64,000 nt of DNA from Longimicrobiales bacterium (GTDB lineage: Bacteria; Gemmatimonadota; Gemmatimonadetes; Longimicrobiales; Gaopeijiaceae), in contig CBDBCF010000002.1 of the NCBI GenBank assembly GCA_965202985.1, positions 96,001 through 160,000 of the forward strand. Direction: 5' to 3'. The notes below the pieces were generated by a model. The model was not told where the DNA came from, did not search any database, and saw only the letters and a list, made by a program, of their open reading frames with translations. This document shows positions 40,285 through 51,097 of this stretch, piece after piece. How positions within the stretch are numbered: position 1 is the first letter of the stretch; each line of letters begins with the position of its first letter. The position numbers and the translations under genes are program-made.

Positions 40285-41559
40285 ATGGATCGTTCGACGC
40301 CCGCGGGCCGCCCGTCCGGCGCGGTGCGTTCGGCGCGGCTGGCCAACGGCGTTTGGGTCCTGGCCGAGGAGATGGACGGGGCCGCTTCGGTTGCCGTCGG
40401 CGTGTGGGTGGGGCAGGGCGGCGCGCACGAATCGGCGGACCGGTTGGGCGCCAGCCACCTGCTGGAGCACATGGTGTTCAAGGGCACCGAGACGCGGAGC
40501 GCCCGCGAAATCGCGTTGTCGTTGGAGCGCCTGGGAGGATCGCTGGACGCATACACGGCCCGCGAGCACACCAGCTATCAGGCGCGAGTGCTGGCGCGCC
40601 ACCTCCCGGACGCAATCGAGGTGCTGGCCGACTTGGTCTGCAACCCGCTGCTCGGCCAGGACGACCTGGACCGCGAGAAGTCCGTAGTCGCCGAAGAGAT
40701 CGCCATGGTGGAGGACACGCCCGAGGACCTGGTGTTCGAGATCCACGGCGAACGCCTGTGGCGGGGTCATCCTTATGGCCAGTCGATCCTGGGAACGCGC
40801 GAATCGGTGGCGGGGCTTTCCCGCGACGCCTTGGCCGACTTGCACCGGGAGCGCTATGTGGCCGCGAACTTGGTGGTTGCCGCGGCCGGCGCCGTGGACC
40901 ACGACCGGTTGGTGGAGCTGGCGGACCGCTGGTTCGGCGACATGCCGGCCGGCGCGGAGGCCACCGGCCCGACCCGCCCGCCCGAGCCCGAAGCCAGGAT
41001 CGACCGAATGGAGCGCGACTCGGCCCAGGTCCACGTGGTCACGGGTTGGACCACGCCCGGCCACGCCCACCCCGACCGCTACGCCCGCCTTCTCCTGTCG
41101 ACCGCGCTGGGCGGTGGGATGAGCTCCCGCCTCTTCCAGCACGTCCGCGAAGAGCTGGCGCTGGCGTACGCCGTCTACTCCTTCCAGTCGTTCTACTCCG
41201 GCGGCGGCCTTTTCGGCGTCTACGCGGGCACCCGCCCCGGCAAGACCCGCGACCTTTTGGACGCCGTCCACCGCGTCTACGACCACATCCTGTCGCGCGG
41301 GCTTCCCGAAGACGAGCTGACAGGGGTCAAGGAGCTGGTGAAGGGGCGGACGCTGCTGGCGCTGGAGACGCCCGGCGCCCGCGTCCAGCGGTTGGCGGCC
41401 CTGGCGCTCTTGGACGAGCCCTTCGTGCCCCTGGAAGAGATGGCGCGTCGCGTGGACGCCGTGTCGTCGGAAGATGTGCGCCGGGTCGCCGCGACCGTGC
41501 TCGATCCGTCGCGCCAGTGCGCCGTGTGTCTGGGCCCGCAAGGCCCTGGTCCCTCGTAG
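40285..41559 (+). CDS. M16 family zinc peptidase
   Basis: HLLEHMVFKGT (HxxEH), GGGMSSRLFQ; typical position after pnp. Confidence 0.93.
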   Translation: MDRSTPAGRPSGAVRSARLANGVWVLAEEMDGAASVAVGVWVGQGGAHESADRLGASHLLEHMVFKGTETRSAREIALSLERLGGSLDAYTAREHTSYQARVLARHLPDAIEVLADLVCNPLLGQDDLDREKSVVAEEIAMVEDTPEDLVFEIHGERLWRGHPYGQSILGTRESVAGLSRDALADLHRERYVAANLVVAAAGAVDHDRLVELADRWFGDMPAGAEATGPTRPPEPEARIDRMERDSAQVHVVTGWTTPGHAHPDRYARLLLSTALGGGMSSRLFQHVREELALAYAVYSFQSFYSGGGLFGVYAGTRPGKTRDLLDAVHRVYDHILSRGLPEDELTGVKELVKGRTLLALETPGARVQRLAALALLDEPFVPLEEMARRVDAVSSEDVRRVAATVLDPSRQCAVCLGPQGPGPS

Positions 41560-41575
41560 ACAAGGGTTCGGTCTC

Positions 41576-43165
41576 GTGCTCGTCGGCGTTCCCACCGAGG
41601 TCAAGAACAACGAGTACCGCGTGGCCGCCACCCCGGCGGGCGTGGAGGCCTTGGTCGCCGCCGGCCGGCAGGTGCTCGTGCAGGCGGGGGCCGGGGTCGA
41701 GAGCGGATTCACGGACGACTTCTACCTCAGGTCCGGGGCCGAGATCGCCGCGACGGCCGAAGAGGTATGGGCCCGAGCGGAGATGATCCTGAAGGTCAAG
41801 GAGCCCGTGGCGTCCGAGTGGCCGCTCCTGCGGGACGGCCAAGTCGTCTTCACGTACTTTCACTTCGCGGCGTCCAGGGCGCTGACCGAGGCCGTGGTCG
41901 AAAGCGGCTGCGTGGCCGTGGCCTACGAGACGGTCGAGTCGGCGGACGGCGACCTTCCCCTGCTCACGCCCATGAGCGAGGTGGCCGGCCGGATGGCGGT
42001 GCAGGCCGGTGCCAAGTACCTGGAGCGTCCTTCAGGCGGTTCGGGGATCCTGCTGGGCGGCGTACCCGGCGTGCTGCCGGCCAAGGTGCTGGTCCTGGGT
42101 GGCGGCGTGGTCGGCGCCAACGCGGCCCGGATGGCCGCCGGACTGGGCGCAAGGGTGGCGGTCATGGACGTTTCTCTTCCCCGGTTGCGCCAGCTGGCGG
42201 AGATCATGCCCGCCAACGTGAACCTGCTTTACTCGACGCGCTATGCGGTCCGGAAGCAGCTGGCCGGGGCCGACCTGGTGGTGGGCGCCGTGCTCGTGCC
42301 GGGCAAGAAGGCGCCCAGTTTGGTGCGGCGCGAGGACTTGGACGCCATGCGCTCCGGGTCGGTGATCGTGGACGTGGCCGTGGACCAAGGGGGCTGCGTC
42401 GAGACGATCCGTCCCACCACCCACCAGGACCCCGTCTACGAAGTGGCGGGCGTGATCCACTACGGTGTCGCCAACATGCCGGGCGCGGTTCCCAGGTCGT
42501 CCACGCTCGCGCTGACCAACGCAACGCTGCCCTACGTGCTCCGGTTGGCCTGCGAGGGCTGGCAGGACGCTTGCGCCGCCGACCCCGGCTTGGCCAAGGG
42601 CCTCAGCGTGGTCCGCGGCAAGGTGGTCCACCGCGGCGTTGCGGAAACCTTCGGATTGCCCTGCGACCCCGTGGCGAGCGCCGAACGGGAAGCGGTGCGC
42701 TTCAAGCGGCTGCCCGACAACCCGGAGCTGCCTTTGCCCGCCCGCCAGACCGAAGGCGCCGCAGGCTACGACGTCCGCTCCAACGAGGCCGCCACGCTCG
42801 AGCCCGGCGAGACGCGCCCCTTGGCGACCGGGCTGGTCATGGAGATGCCCGCCGGCCTGGAGTGCCAGATGCGGCCCCGCTCGGGGCTGGCCGCTCGTTA
42901 CGGCCTCGTCATGCCCAACAGCCCCGGCACCATCGACTCCGACTACCGGGGGGAGCTCAAGGTCCTCCTTCGAAACACGGGGCCCGAGCCGGTGGAGGTG
43001 CACCGGGGCGACCGCGTGGCGCAGCTGGTGTTCGCGGCCCACCGCGCGCCGGCCGTGGAAGAGGCGGACCGCTTGTCCGAGACTCAACGCGGAGACGGCG
43101 GATTCGGAAGCACCGGGACGGGCACGTCCCCGAGTTCGCCGGCGGGCCCCGAGAGCTTGCCATGA
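41576..43165 (+). CDS. ald: Alanine dehydrogenase fused in frame to a trimeric-type dUTPase
   Basis: Ald: [50 protein letters not shown]. No stop before the Dut motifs [32 protein letters not shown]. Confidence 0.9.
   Translation: MLVGVPTEVKNNEYRVAATPAGVEALVAAGRQVLVQAGAGVESGFTDDFYLRSGAEIAATAEEVWARAEMILKVKEPVASEWPLLRDGQVVFTYFHFAASRALTEAVVESGCVAVAYETVESADGDLPLLTPMSEVAGRMAVQAGAKYLERPSGGSGILLGGVPGVLPAKVLVLGGGVVGANAARMAAGLGARVAVMDVSLPRLRQLAEIMPANVNLLYSTRYAVRKQLAGADLVVGAVLVPGKKAPSLVRREDLDAMRSGSVIVDVAVDQGGCVETIRPTTHQDPVYEVAGVIHYGVANMPGAVPRSSTLALTNATLPYVLRLACEGWQDACAADPGLAKGLSVVRGKVVHRGVAETFGLPCDPVASAEREAVRFKRLPDNPELPLPARQTEGAAGYDVRSNEAATLEPGETRPLATGLVMEMPAGLECQMRPRSGLAARYGLVMPNSPGTIDSDYRGELKVLLRNTGPEPVEVHRGDRVAQLVFAAHRAPAVEEADRLSETQRGDGGFGSTGTGTSPSSPAGPESLP
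42695..43165 (+). CDS. dut: dUTPase domain (possible internal GTG start)
   Basis: All five dUTPase motifs; in-frame GTG at 42695 preceded by GGGAAG. Confidence 0.8.
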   Translation: MRFKRLPDNPELPLPARQTEGAAGYDVRSNEAATLEPGETRPLATGLVMEMPAGLECQMRPRSGLAARYGLVMPNSPGTIDSDYRGELKVLLRNTGPEPVEVHRGDRVAQLVFAAHRAPAVEEADRLSETQRGDGGFGSTGTGTSPSSPAGPESLP

Positions 43166-43250
43166 CGCAGGGGCGCCGTATACTGTTCGTTCAGCGTTCG
43201 CAGACACAGATGTTTCCCCCACCCCAGCTCCGGTAGGCCGCGCCAAGCTC

Positions 43251-44294
43251 TTGTCTCCTTTCTCCAGGTGGTTCAGATCGAGACGGATGGTCCTGACGAG
43301 CGACATCGGCGTCGATCTGGGGACCGCCAACACGCTGGTGTACGTCAAGGGCGACGGCGTCGTGCTCAGCGAGCCGTCGGTCGTGGCGGTGGACCGCGAG
43401 ACCAAGGAGATTCTGGGCGTGGGCCTGGAGGCCAAGCGGATGCTGGGCCGCACGCCGGGGACGATACATGCCGTGCGCCCGCTTCAGAGCGGCGTGATTG
43501 CGGACGTGGACATCACCGAGCGGATGCTTCGCCACTTCCTCAAGCAGGTGATGGCGAAGAAGATGTTTCAGATCAAGCCGCGCGTCGTGGTGGGCGTGCC
43601 GTCGGGGATCACCGAGCTCGAACGTCGGGCGGTGCGCTCGTCGGCGCAGGCCGCCGGAGCCAAGGAGGTCTACATGGTTGCGGAACCGATGGCGGCGGCG
43701 GTCGGCGTGGGCCTTCCCATCGAGACCCCCCGCGGCAACATGGTCATCGACATCGGCGGCGGGACCACCGAAATCGCCGTCATCGCGCTGTCCGGGATCG
43801 TGTCGGACACGTCGATCCGGGTGGGCGGGAACGAGCTGGACCAGTGCATCGTGTCGTTCCTTCGCAAGAGCTACAACCTCCTCATCGGCGAGCCCACGGC
43901 CGAGGCCATCAAGCTTCAGATCGGGTCGGCCATGCAGACCGACGACGAGCGCGAAATGGAGGTCAAGGGAAGGGACTTGGTGTCCGGCATTCCCAAGATG
44001 GTGCCGATCCACTCCCAAGAGATCCGAGAGTGCATGCAGGAACCGATACGCTCCATCGTGGAGGCGGTTCGTTCCGCCCTGGAGATCACGCCGCCGGAGC
44101 TGGCGTCGGACATCGTCGACCATGGAATCGTCATGACGGGGGGCGGGGCTCTCATCCGCGGCCTGGGCGAGCTGATCGCCCTCGAGACGAGCCTGCCGAT
44201 CCACCTGGACGAAGAGCCCCTGACCTGCGTGGTGCGGGGAACGGGCCGCATACTGGACGACTTCATCAAGTACCGCGCCGTCTTGGCCAGGTAG
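43251..44294 (+). CDS. mreB: Rod shape-determining protein MreB
   Basis: DLGTANT, EPMAAA, DIGGGTTE, TGGGAL. Start TTG 43251 or ATG 43287. Confidence 0.97.
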   Translation: MSPFSRWFRSRRMVLTSDIGVDLGTANTLVYVKGDGVVLSEPSVVAVDRETKEILGVGLEAKRMLGRTPGTIHAVRPLQSGVIADVDITERMLRHFLKQVMAKKMFQIKPRVVVGVPSGITELERRAVRSSAQAAGAKEVYMVAEPMAAAVGVGLPIETPRGNMVIDIGGGTTEIAVIALSGIVSDTSIRVGGNELDQCIVSFLRKSYNLLIGEPTAEAIKLQIGSAMQTDDEREMEVKGRDLVSGIPKMVPIHSQEIRECMQEPIRSIVEAVRSALEITPPELASDIVDHGIVMTGGGALIRGLGELIALETSLPIHLDEEPLTCVVRGTGRILDDFIKYRAVLAR

Positions 44295-44304
44295 GTCCTC
44301 CGCG

Positions 44305-45171
44305 ATGACTCCGGGTCGCCCGAGCGATGGCCGGGGAACCGGCAAGCTGGACCTGTTGGCCACCCTTGTGCTCGTGCTGCTCTCGGCGATCCTCATGAAC
44401 CTTCCGGCGACCTCCCAGCACGGCATCGGCTACGCGATCAGGAGTTCGGCGCTGCGTCCCTTCGTGGCGCTGAACGGGGCGGTCGCTCGGGCGAAGGCGC
44501 GCGCACTGGACTTCGAGGTGCTTCGCGTGCAGACGGACTCGCTTCTGACCTGGGTCGCTTCGCAGCGAACGCTGGCGGAAGAGAACCGCCAGCTGCGCGC
44601 GCTCCTGGGGCTCTCGGGTCAGCCCCGAGAACACTTGGTGGCGGCTACCGTGATCCGACCGGGCGGCTCCGACACCGGCAGCGTCTTCTACTTGGACGCA
44701 GGGCGCAGGGACGGCGTTCGGCGCTTCGACGCCGTGGTCACCGAGGCCGGTCTTCTGGGGCAGGTGCAGGACGTTCGGGCACGCCGCGCGACCGCGTTCG
44801 ACTGGTCCCACCCGGACTTTCGGGTCTCCGCGATGACGGTGGACGGCCAGGTTCACGGGCTGGTGGAGCCGGCTCGGGGCCAGTACCGCGAACAGGACCT
44901 CCTCGTGCTGCGGGGCACGGCCTACCTGTCGGACTTGGAGCGGGGCGACGAGCTGGTGACTTCGGGGCGGGGCGGCGCGTTCCCGCGGGGCATTCGGATC
45001 GGCTGGGTCACGGCGGAGGCGGACGTGTCCGCCGGATGGAGCCGAAGCTACTACGTGGAGCCCACCGTGTACCCCGGGTCGGTGACGTACGCCCTGGTGG
45101 ACGTGCGCGACCCAGAGGCGCCCGTCGCCGCCCCGGCCGCCGACTCGATTGCGGAGGACGCTCCCGGATGA
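44305..45171 (+). CDS. mreC: Rod shape-determining protein MreC
   Basis: TM segment, EENRQLRALL, GLLGQV, VTSG..FPRGI. Confidence 0.93.
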   Translation: MTPGRPSDGRGTGKLDLLATLVLVLLSAILMNLPATSQHGIGYAIRSSALRPFVALNGAVARAKARALDFEVLRVQTDSLLTWVASQRTLAEENRQLRALLGLSGQPREHLVAATVIRPGGSDTGSVFYLDAGRRDGVRRFDAVVTEAGLLGQVQDVRARRATAFDWSHPDFRVSAMTVDGQVHGLVEPARGQYREQDLLVLRGTAYLSDLERGDELVTSGRGGAFPRGIRIGWVTAEADVSAGWSRSYYVEPTVYPGSVTYALVDVRDPEAPVAAPAADSIAEDAPG

Positions 45172-45656
45172 GCCGGGCCAACGCGCTGGTCGTCCTGGCA
45201 CTGTTTGCAGCGCACATGCTGCTCCACGTCGGTCTGGGACTTGGACGCGAAGCGCCGGACTTGGCCGTGGTCGCCGTGTTGGCCGGCAGCCGGGTCCTCG
45301 CCGTTCGCTGGGGGGCGGCGCTGGGGTTCGCGGCCGGGCTGGCCGAGGACTCCCTCTCCGTGACTTCGTTCGGCGCCAATACCTTTGCCCTGACTCTGGC
45401 CGGCGCCGGCGGGTCGTGGTCCCGCGACGTGTTCCTGGGCGATTCGCTGCCGTTCACGGTCGGGTTTCTCTTTCTGGGGAAGTGGTTGCGCGACCTGCTG
45501 GCCTGGCTGGTCGCCGAGGCGGGCCGGCAGCCCTTTACGTCGCAGCTGCTGATCGACTCGTCGATCGACGCCCTGTACGCTGCGGGAGCGGGGATGGTGG
45601 TCCTCGCGATCGTTCCCTTCGGCAGGACGGCGGCCCTCGGGGCGGCGCGCTCGTGA
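45168..45656 (+). CDS. mreD: Rod shape-determining protein MreD
   Basis: Hydrophobic, PDL, GFAAGLAED; operon position. Confidence 0.88.
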   Translation: MSRANALVVLALFAAHMLLHVGLGLGREAPDLAVVAVLAGSRVLAVRWGAALGFAAGLAEDSLSVTSFGANTFALTLAGAGGSWSRDVFLGDSLPFTVGFLFLGKWLRDLLAWLVAEAGRQPFTSQLLIDSSIDALYAAGAGMVVLAIVPFGRTAALGAARS

Positions 45657-47491
45657 GCGGCTACCGACCCGCCGAGCAGAGGCGGCAGGCCCGAGTGGCC
45701 CAGATCGTGGTGCTGGCGCTGCTGAGCCTGTTGGTCGCGACCCTGTTCCGAGCCCAGGTCATGGGTTCGTCCCAGTGGCTGCTCCAGTCGGAGTCCAACC
45801 GCCTGCGGTCCTTGACGGTCGCGGCGCCCCGGGGAATCGTCCGGGACCGGGAGGGAAGAGTGCTGGCCGACAACGTCCCCGGCTATTCGATCTCGATCCT
45901 GCCTTCCGACTCCATGGGCGAGACGTTGCAGCGAGTCAACGAGCACTTGGACCTTGACATGGCGCACTATCAGGAGCTAATGGAGGGAGCACGGACGAGC
46001 CGAGTGGCGCCGCTGTTGGTCTCGGTCGATGCGCCCTTCGACGCCGTGGCCGCCATCGAAGAGCGGCGGTTCGCGTTCCCGAGGCTCCTCATCGAAGCCC
46101 GCCCCAAGCGGCGCTATCCGGCCGGCGCGGTGGGCGCCCACGTGGTGGGGTACCTGGGCGAGGTCAGCGAGGCCGAGCTGGCCACCGAGTCGTTCGAGGA
46201 CATGGAGCCGGGCACACTCGTCGGCCGGGTCGGCCTGGAGGCGGCGTACGAGTCCGTCCTGCGCGGCACGCCGGGGACGCGCTACGTGGAGGTGGACGCC
46301 ATCGGCAGAACGAGTTCCTTCCGCGGCATGCCCGGAGTTCCCGAGGAACCGGGGTCCGACCTGGACCTGCACCTGGACCTGGACCTGATGGAGTGGATCC
46401 ACCGCTCCTTCCCCGCGGACAAGAACGGCGCCGTGGTGGCCCTGGACGTGGCGACCGGCGGCGTCCTGGCCATGTATTCGGCGCCCGCCTTCGACCCCAA
46501 CCTCTTTGCCGGCGTGGTGGGACGGCGCATGTGGGAGGCCTTGAGCCGGGACTCGCTCAGTCCGTTGCTCAACCGCGCCGTGATGGGCAAGTACCCGCCC
46601 GGCTCCACCTGGAAGCTGGCCAGCGCCGCCATCGCCTTGGAGGCCGGCGTCGTCGCCCCGTCCGAGGAGATGCCCGTGCCTTGCCGCGGCCGGTTTCGCT
46701 ACGGCAACCGCACGTACCGCTGCTGGAAGCCCGAGGGTCACGGCGCGCTGGACTTGGCAGGGGCCATCCAGCATTCGTGCAACGTATACTTCTACCAACT
46801 GGGCTTGCGCGTAGGGCTGGACCCGCTATTGGAGGCGGCCAACCGCATGGGCTTCGGCGGCCGCTGCGGCATCGATCTTCCGCAGGAGACCGCCGGGACC
46901 TTTCCCGACGGCAGAGGCTTCTGGCAGGGGCGCTTCGGATACGAAGCCAGCGAAGGGGAAGTCCTCAACTTGGCCCTGGGACAAGGTCCCAACTCTCAGA
47001 CGCCCCTCAAGATGGCGCAGTTCTTTCTCGCGATCGCCCGGGACGGCTCGGCGCCGGCGCCCGCGATCGGCCGCAACGGACCGCCCGCCGAAGGATGGCG
47101 GCTGAACATCTCGCGGGAAAGCTTGGACGAACTTCGGGAAGGGATGCGCCGGGTCACCGCGCCGGGCGGCACTGCCCACATGTCCTCGCTGGAGCACTTC
47201 GACCTGATCGGCAAGACGGGGACGGCCCAGTCCGGCGGAGACCTCCCCGACCACGCCTGGTTCGCCTCGATCGCCGGACCTTGGGGGGGCGAACCCGAGA
47301 TCGTCGTCGTGGTCGTCGTGGAGTTCGGCGGCGGCGGCTCGGCCGTGGCCGCCCCGATCGCGGCCAAGGCTGCGGACTTCTACCTGCGGGGCCGGCACGG
47401 CGTTCCCCGCGACACCGTCCAGACCCTGCTGGAGCACATTCGGGCAGGCCGGAGCACCGCTTGGGCCCGGCGTCCGTCCGGGGCGCCGTGA
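45653..47491 (+). CDS. mrdA: Penicillin-binding protein 2
   Basis: APRGIVRDR, PGSTWK (SxxK), SCN, KTGTAQ. Confidence 0.95.
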   Translation: MSGYRPAEQRRQARVAQIVVLALLSLLVATLFRAQVMGSSQWLLQSESNRLRSLTVAAPRGIVRDREGRVLADNVPGYSISILPSDSMGETLQRVNEHLDLDMAHYQELMEGARTSRVAPLLVSVDAPFDAVAAIEERRFAFPRLLIEARPKRRYPAGAVGAHVVGYLGEVSEAELATESFEDMEPGTLVGRVGLEAAYESVLRGTPGTRYVEVDAIGRTSSFRGMPGVPEEPGSDLDLHLDLDLMEWIHRSFPADKNGAVVALDVATGGVLAMYSAPAFDPNLFAGVVGRRMWEALSRDSLSPLLNRAVMGKYPPGSTWKLASAAIALEAGVVAPSEEMPVPCRGRFRYGNRTYRCWKPEGHGALDLAGAIQHSCNVYFYQLGLRVGLDPLLEAANRMGFGGRCGIDLPQETAGTFPDGRGFWQGRFGYEASEGEVLNLALGQGPNSQTPLKMAQFFLAIARDGSAPAPAIGRNGPPAEGWRLNISRESLDELREGMRRVTAPGGTAHMSSLEHFDLIGKTGTAQSGGDLPDHAWFASIAGPWGGEPEIVVVVVVEFGGGGSAVAAPIAAKAADFYLRGRHGVPRDTVQTLLEHIRAGRSTAWARRPSGAP

Positions 47492-48723
47492 CGCGCGTTC
47501 GGCCGTGGGCGGCGCAGAGCCGTTTCGTGGCGCCGCTCCTGGTCCTGTCGGCAACCGGCGTGGCGATGGTCTACTCCGCCGGACAGATCAACGTTCCCAG
47601 CGCCTTGACCGGCGGCCTCTGGATTCGCCACGCGATCTTTCTGGCGGTCGGGGTTGCGGCGTTCCTGGCCGTCGGCAGGGTTGCGGCGCGGTGGTTCGAG
47701 TGGGTGGCCATGCCGGCCTACGTGTTCTGGGTCGCCGTGCTGGCGGTCACCCTGCTGGTGGGCACCGGCGTGGGAACCGCCGCCGGAACGAAGAGCTTCC
47801 TGTCGCTGGCCGGCTTCCGCTTCCAACCGGCCGAAGCCGCCAAGGTTGCCACCATCTTGGCCCTGGCGAAGCTGCTCGCGTCTCGCGACGCGCCTCCGCA
47901 GTTCCTTCGGGAGCTGCTGGGCCCGGCCGCCCTCGTGCTCCTGCCCTTGGGGCTGGTCGTTCTCCAGCCGGACCTAGGGACGGCCCTCTCCTTCGCGGGC
48001 ATCTTCTTCGCCGGCCTCTTCTGGGCGGGCACGCCGGGGCTGCTCCTCGTCTTTGCGGCTTCGCCGGCGTTGGGCCTTGTGCTGTCGTTCGACACGTTGA
48101 CTTGGTCCGTCTACATCTCGGCGCTCGTCGTCGGTCTGTACCTGTACCGCCGACGGCTCTTCCTGGTGGAGTCGGTGGCCGTGGTCTTTTCCAACCTGGC
48201 CGCCGGCGCAGTGGCGCAGCCCCTTTGGAACTCGCTGGCGGACTACCAGCGGAACCGCCTCCTGGTGTTTCTCGACCCCATGCTGGACCCGCAGGGCGCG
48301 GGCTGGCAGCTCGTCCAGTCCAAGGTGGCCGTCGGGAGCGGCGGGCTGTTCGGCAAGGGCTTCACCGCCGGAACGCAAAAGCGGCTCAACTTCCTGCCGG
48401 AGCAGCACACCGACTTCGTGTTCAGCGTGGTGGGCGAAGAGTTCGGGTTCGTAGGCACGTTCTTGGTGCTAGCGCTGTTCGGCTACCTGTTCCTCCAGAT
48501 GATCCGGATGGCCGAAGTCTCCAAGAGTCCCTTTGCGGGCTTGGTCGTCGTCGGTACTTTCGGAGCTTGGCTAACCCATGTGTTCGTCAACGTGGGAATG
48601 ACGATCGGGCTGGTCCCCATCACTGGGATCCCGCTTCCGTTCGTCAGCTACGGCGGCTCCTTCCTCGTCATGTCTTGGACGGTCGCGGGGATCGCCACCC
48701 GGCTGGCGTCCGAGGACCCCTGA
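47488..48723 (+). CDS. rodA: SEDS peptidoglycan glycosyltransferase RodA
   Basis: FQPAEAAK, QPDLGT, LPEQHTDF, GIPLPFVSYGGS. Confidence 0.96.
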   Translation: MTRVRPWAAQSRFVAPLLVLSATGVAMVYSAGQINVPSALTGGLWIRHAIFLAVGVAAFLAVGRVAARWFEWVAMPAYVFWVAVLAVTLLVGTGVGTAAGTKSFLSLAGFRFQPAEAAKVATILALAKLLASRDAPPQFLRELLGPAALVLLPLGLVVLQPDLGTALSFAGIFFAGLFWAGTPGLLLVFAASPALGLVLSFDTLTWSVYISALVVGLYLYRRRLFLVESVAVVFSNLAAGAVAQPLWNSLADYQRNRLLVFLDPMLDPQGAGWQLVQSKVAVGSGGLFGKGFTAGTQKRLNFLPEQHTDFVFSVVGEEFGFVGTFLVLALFGYLFLQMIRMAEVSKSPFAGLVVVGTFGAWLTHVFVNVGMTIGLVPITGIPLPFVSYGGSFLVMSWTVAGIATRLASEDP

Positions 48724-48762
48724 CCGGATCCCGACACGTACGGAAAGGAAGGCGCTGGCGGC

Positions 48763-49599
48763 TTGGCTTGGTTTAGAACCCAGAAGAAGCCCATCGGTTC
48801 GGACGGCCGGCGGGACCTGCCTTCGGACGTCTTCAAGAAGTGCGACGGCTGCGGCGAGATCCTCTACCGCGAACGGCTGGTGCGCAACCTGAACGTGTGT
48901 CCCGATTGCGGAAACCACTTCCGGGTGCCGGCCGCCAGCTACGTGGAGATCCTGTCGGACCCGGGCTCGTTCGAAGAGGCCGACGCCGACTTGACCAGCG
49001 GCGACCCCCTGGGCTTCGCCGACCTCAAGCCCTACCCGACGCGGCTGGACGCGGCGCGGAAGAAGACCGGCCGCAACGAGGCGGTGATCACGGGGCGCGT
49101 GCGGATCGAGGGGATCGCCGTGTCGCTGGCGGTGATGGACTTCGCCTTCATCGGCGGCTCGATGGGGTCGGTGGTGGGCGAAAAGATTGCGCGCGCGGGT
49201 CGGGACGCGCTCGATAGGAAGACGGCGCTGGTCGTGGTGAGCGCGTCGGGGGGCGCTCGGATGATGGAGGGGATCTTCTCGCTCATGCAGATGGCCAAGA
49301 CCTCGGCCGTGCTGGCGCGGCTTCACGAGCAGGGGCTGCCGTACATCTCCGTGCTGACGCACCCGACCACCGGCGGCGTCACTGCGTCCTACGCCATGCT
49401 GGGCGACGTGAACTTGGCCGAGCCCGGCGCCCTGATCGGCTTCGCGGGACCGCGCGTCATTGAAGAGACGATCAAGCAGGAGCTGCCCAAGGGCTTCCAG
49501 AGCGCCGAGTTCCTGGAGGAGCACGGCATGGTGGACCGGGTCGTGGACCGGCGCGAGCTGAAGAGCGCCGTGGCCCGCCTGCTGCGCCACATGGCGTGA
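48763..49599 (+). CDS. accD: Acetyl-CoA carboxylase carboxyltransferase beta subunit
   Basis: C4 zinc finger, GGSMGSVVGE, SGGARMMEG, IGFAGPRVI. Confidence 0.97.
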   Translation: MAWFRTQKKPIGSDGRRDLPSDVFKKCDGCGEILYRERLVRNLNVCPDCGNHFRVPAASYVEILSDPGSFEEADADLTSGDPLGFADLKPYPTRLDAARKKTGRNEAVITGRVRIEGIAVSLAVMDFAFIGGSMGSVVGEKIARAGRDALDRKTALVVVSASGGARMMEGIFSLMQMAKTSAVLARLHEQGLPYISVLTHPTTGGVTASYAMLGDVNLAEPGALIGFAGPRVIEETIKQELPKGFQSAEFLEEHGMVDRVVDRRELKSAVARLLRHMA

Positions 49600-50921
49600 C
49601 GCAGGAACACCCGGCCGCGGGGCCCGACCCCCTGGCCGCGTCGCTCTTCCCCGGCGCCGAGATGAAGGTGGACTGGGGGCTGGAGCGGATGGAGAGCGCC
49701 TTGGCGGCGCTGGACAACCCGCACCGGCGCTATCCGGTGCTGCATGTGGGAGGGACCAACGGCAAGGGGTCGGTGGCGTCCACGTGGGCCTCGGTGCTTC
49801 GTTGCGCGGGGGCGCGCGTCGGCCTGTACACTTCGCCCCACCTGTGCTCGTTCCAGGAGCGCGTCCTCTTGGACGGGCGGCCCGTCGCGGCGGTCCGCTT
49901 GACCGATGCGGCGGCTCGTCTGCGGCCCCTGGCCCGCGACCTGGGGATGTCGTTCTTCGAGGCCACCACGCTGCTGGCCTTCCAGGTCTTCGCGGAAGAG
50001 CAGGTGGACGCGGCGTGCGTCGAGGTTGGACTGGGCGGACGGCTGGACGCCACCAACGTGGTGCGGCCCCAGGTGACGGCGGTCACCAACGTGGCCTTCG
50101 ACCACCAGGAGTACCTGGGCGACACCTTGCAGGAGATTGCGCGCGAGAAGGCCGGCATCTTCAAGCCCGGCGTGCCGGTGGCGACGGCGGAGCGCCGTCC
50201 TGCGGTGCTGGAGGTGCTGCGACGGCGAGCCGAGGAGGCCGGAGCGCCCTTCCACGTCGTGGACCCGTGGCGCCACGTGTCCGGGCTGCGCCTGGGGCCG
50301 GCGGGCACGCGGTTCACGGTCAGGACGAACCGGTGGGGCGACATGGAGCTGGACACGCCGCTTCTGGGGGCTCACCAAGCCGTGAACGCGGCGCTGGCCG
50401 TGCGGGCCTTGGAGCTGCTGCCGGCGCCACCGTCCGGATCGGCGGTGCAGCGGGGAACGGCGTCGGTGGAGTGGCCGGGCCGGGGCCAGCTCTGGGAGGA
50501 TGGGGGGCGCAGGTTCGTCTTCGACGTGGCCCACAACACGGCGGGGGTGCAGGCGCTGGTTCGCGTGTTGGCGTGGATGGCGCCGCCCAGGCCCTTGGTG
50601 GTGCTGGCCGGGATCCTGGGAGACAAGGACTGGTCGCGCATGTTGCCGCCGCTGGTGGACATGGCCGACCAGGTCGTGTTCACGACTCCGGCCTCGGCGC
50701 CGACCGGGCGCGCCTGGGACCCTCGCGCGGCGGCGGCCCAGGTGGGCGGTGCGGTGCCGGTGGAGGTGGAGGAACCGGTAGAGGCCGGGCTGGCGCGGGC
50801 AGAGGCCTTGGCGGCCGGGGGAACCGTCGTCGTCACGGGGTCGTGCTTCACCGTCGGCGACGCCATGTCCGTGCTGGGCGCGAGTCCGTTCGATGCGGCT
50901 CCCGATCGGGGCGGGCACTAG
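49596..50921 (+). CDS. folC: Folylpolyglutamate synthase/dihydrofolate synthase
   Basis: HVGGTNGKGS, YTSPHL, EVGLGGRLDATN, WPGR, DVAHN. Confidence 0.96.
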   Translation: MTQEHPAAGPDPLAASLFPGAEMKVDWGLERMESALAALDNPHRRYPVLHVGGTNGKGSVASTWASVLRCAGARVGLYTSPHLCSFQERVLLDGRPVAAVRLTDAAARLRPLARDLGMSFFEATTLLAFQVFAEEQVDAACVEVGLGGRLDATNVVRPQVTAVTNVAFDHQEYLGDTLQEIAREKAGIFKPGVPVATAERRPAVLEVLRRRAEEAGAPFHVVDPWRHVSGLRLGPAGTRFTVRTNRWGDMELDTPLLGAHQAVNAALAVRALELLPAPPSGSAVQRGTASVEWPGRGQLWEDGGRRFVFDVAHNTAGVQALVRVLAWMAPPRPLVVLAGILGDKDWSRMLPPLVDMADQVVFTTPASAPTGRAWDPRAAAAQVGGAVPVEVEEPVEAGLARAEALAAGGTVVVTGSCFTVGDAMSVLGASPFDAAPDRGGH

Positions 50922-51097
50922 CGCCCCGAGGTGGGCGGCGCCGAGGTCCGCCGAGCCGGCGTCCCGGCCGCGGCCGCGCGACTTCTTGCGGGAGGGCAGG
51001 GAACATTTTCGGCGCATGCGAAGTATACGGTACCAAACGGCCCCGCAAAGCCCGAGGCAAGCCGCCGAGGGAGGGGCCACAGCCGAGAAGGGGTCCC

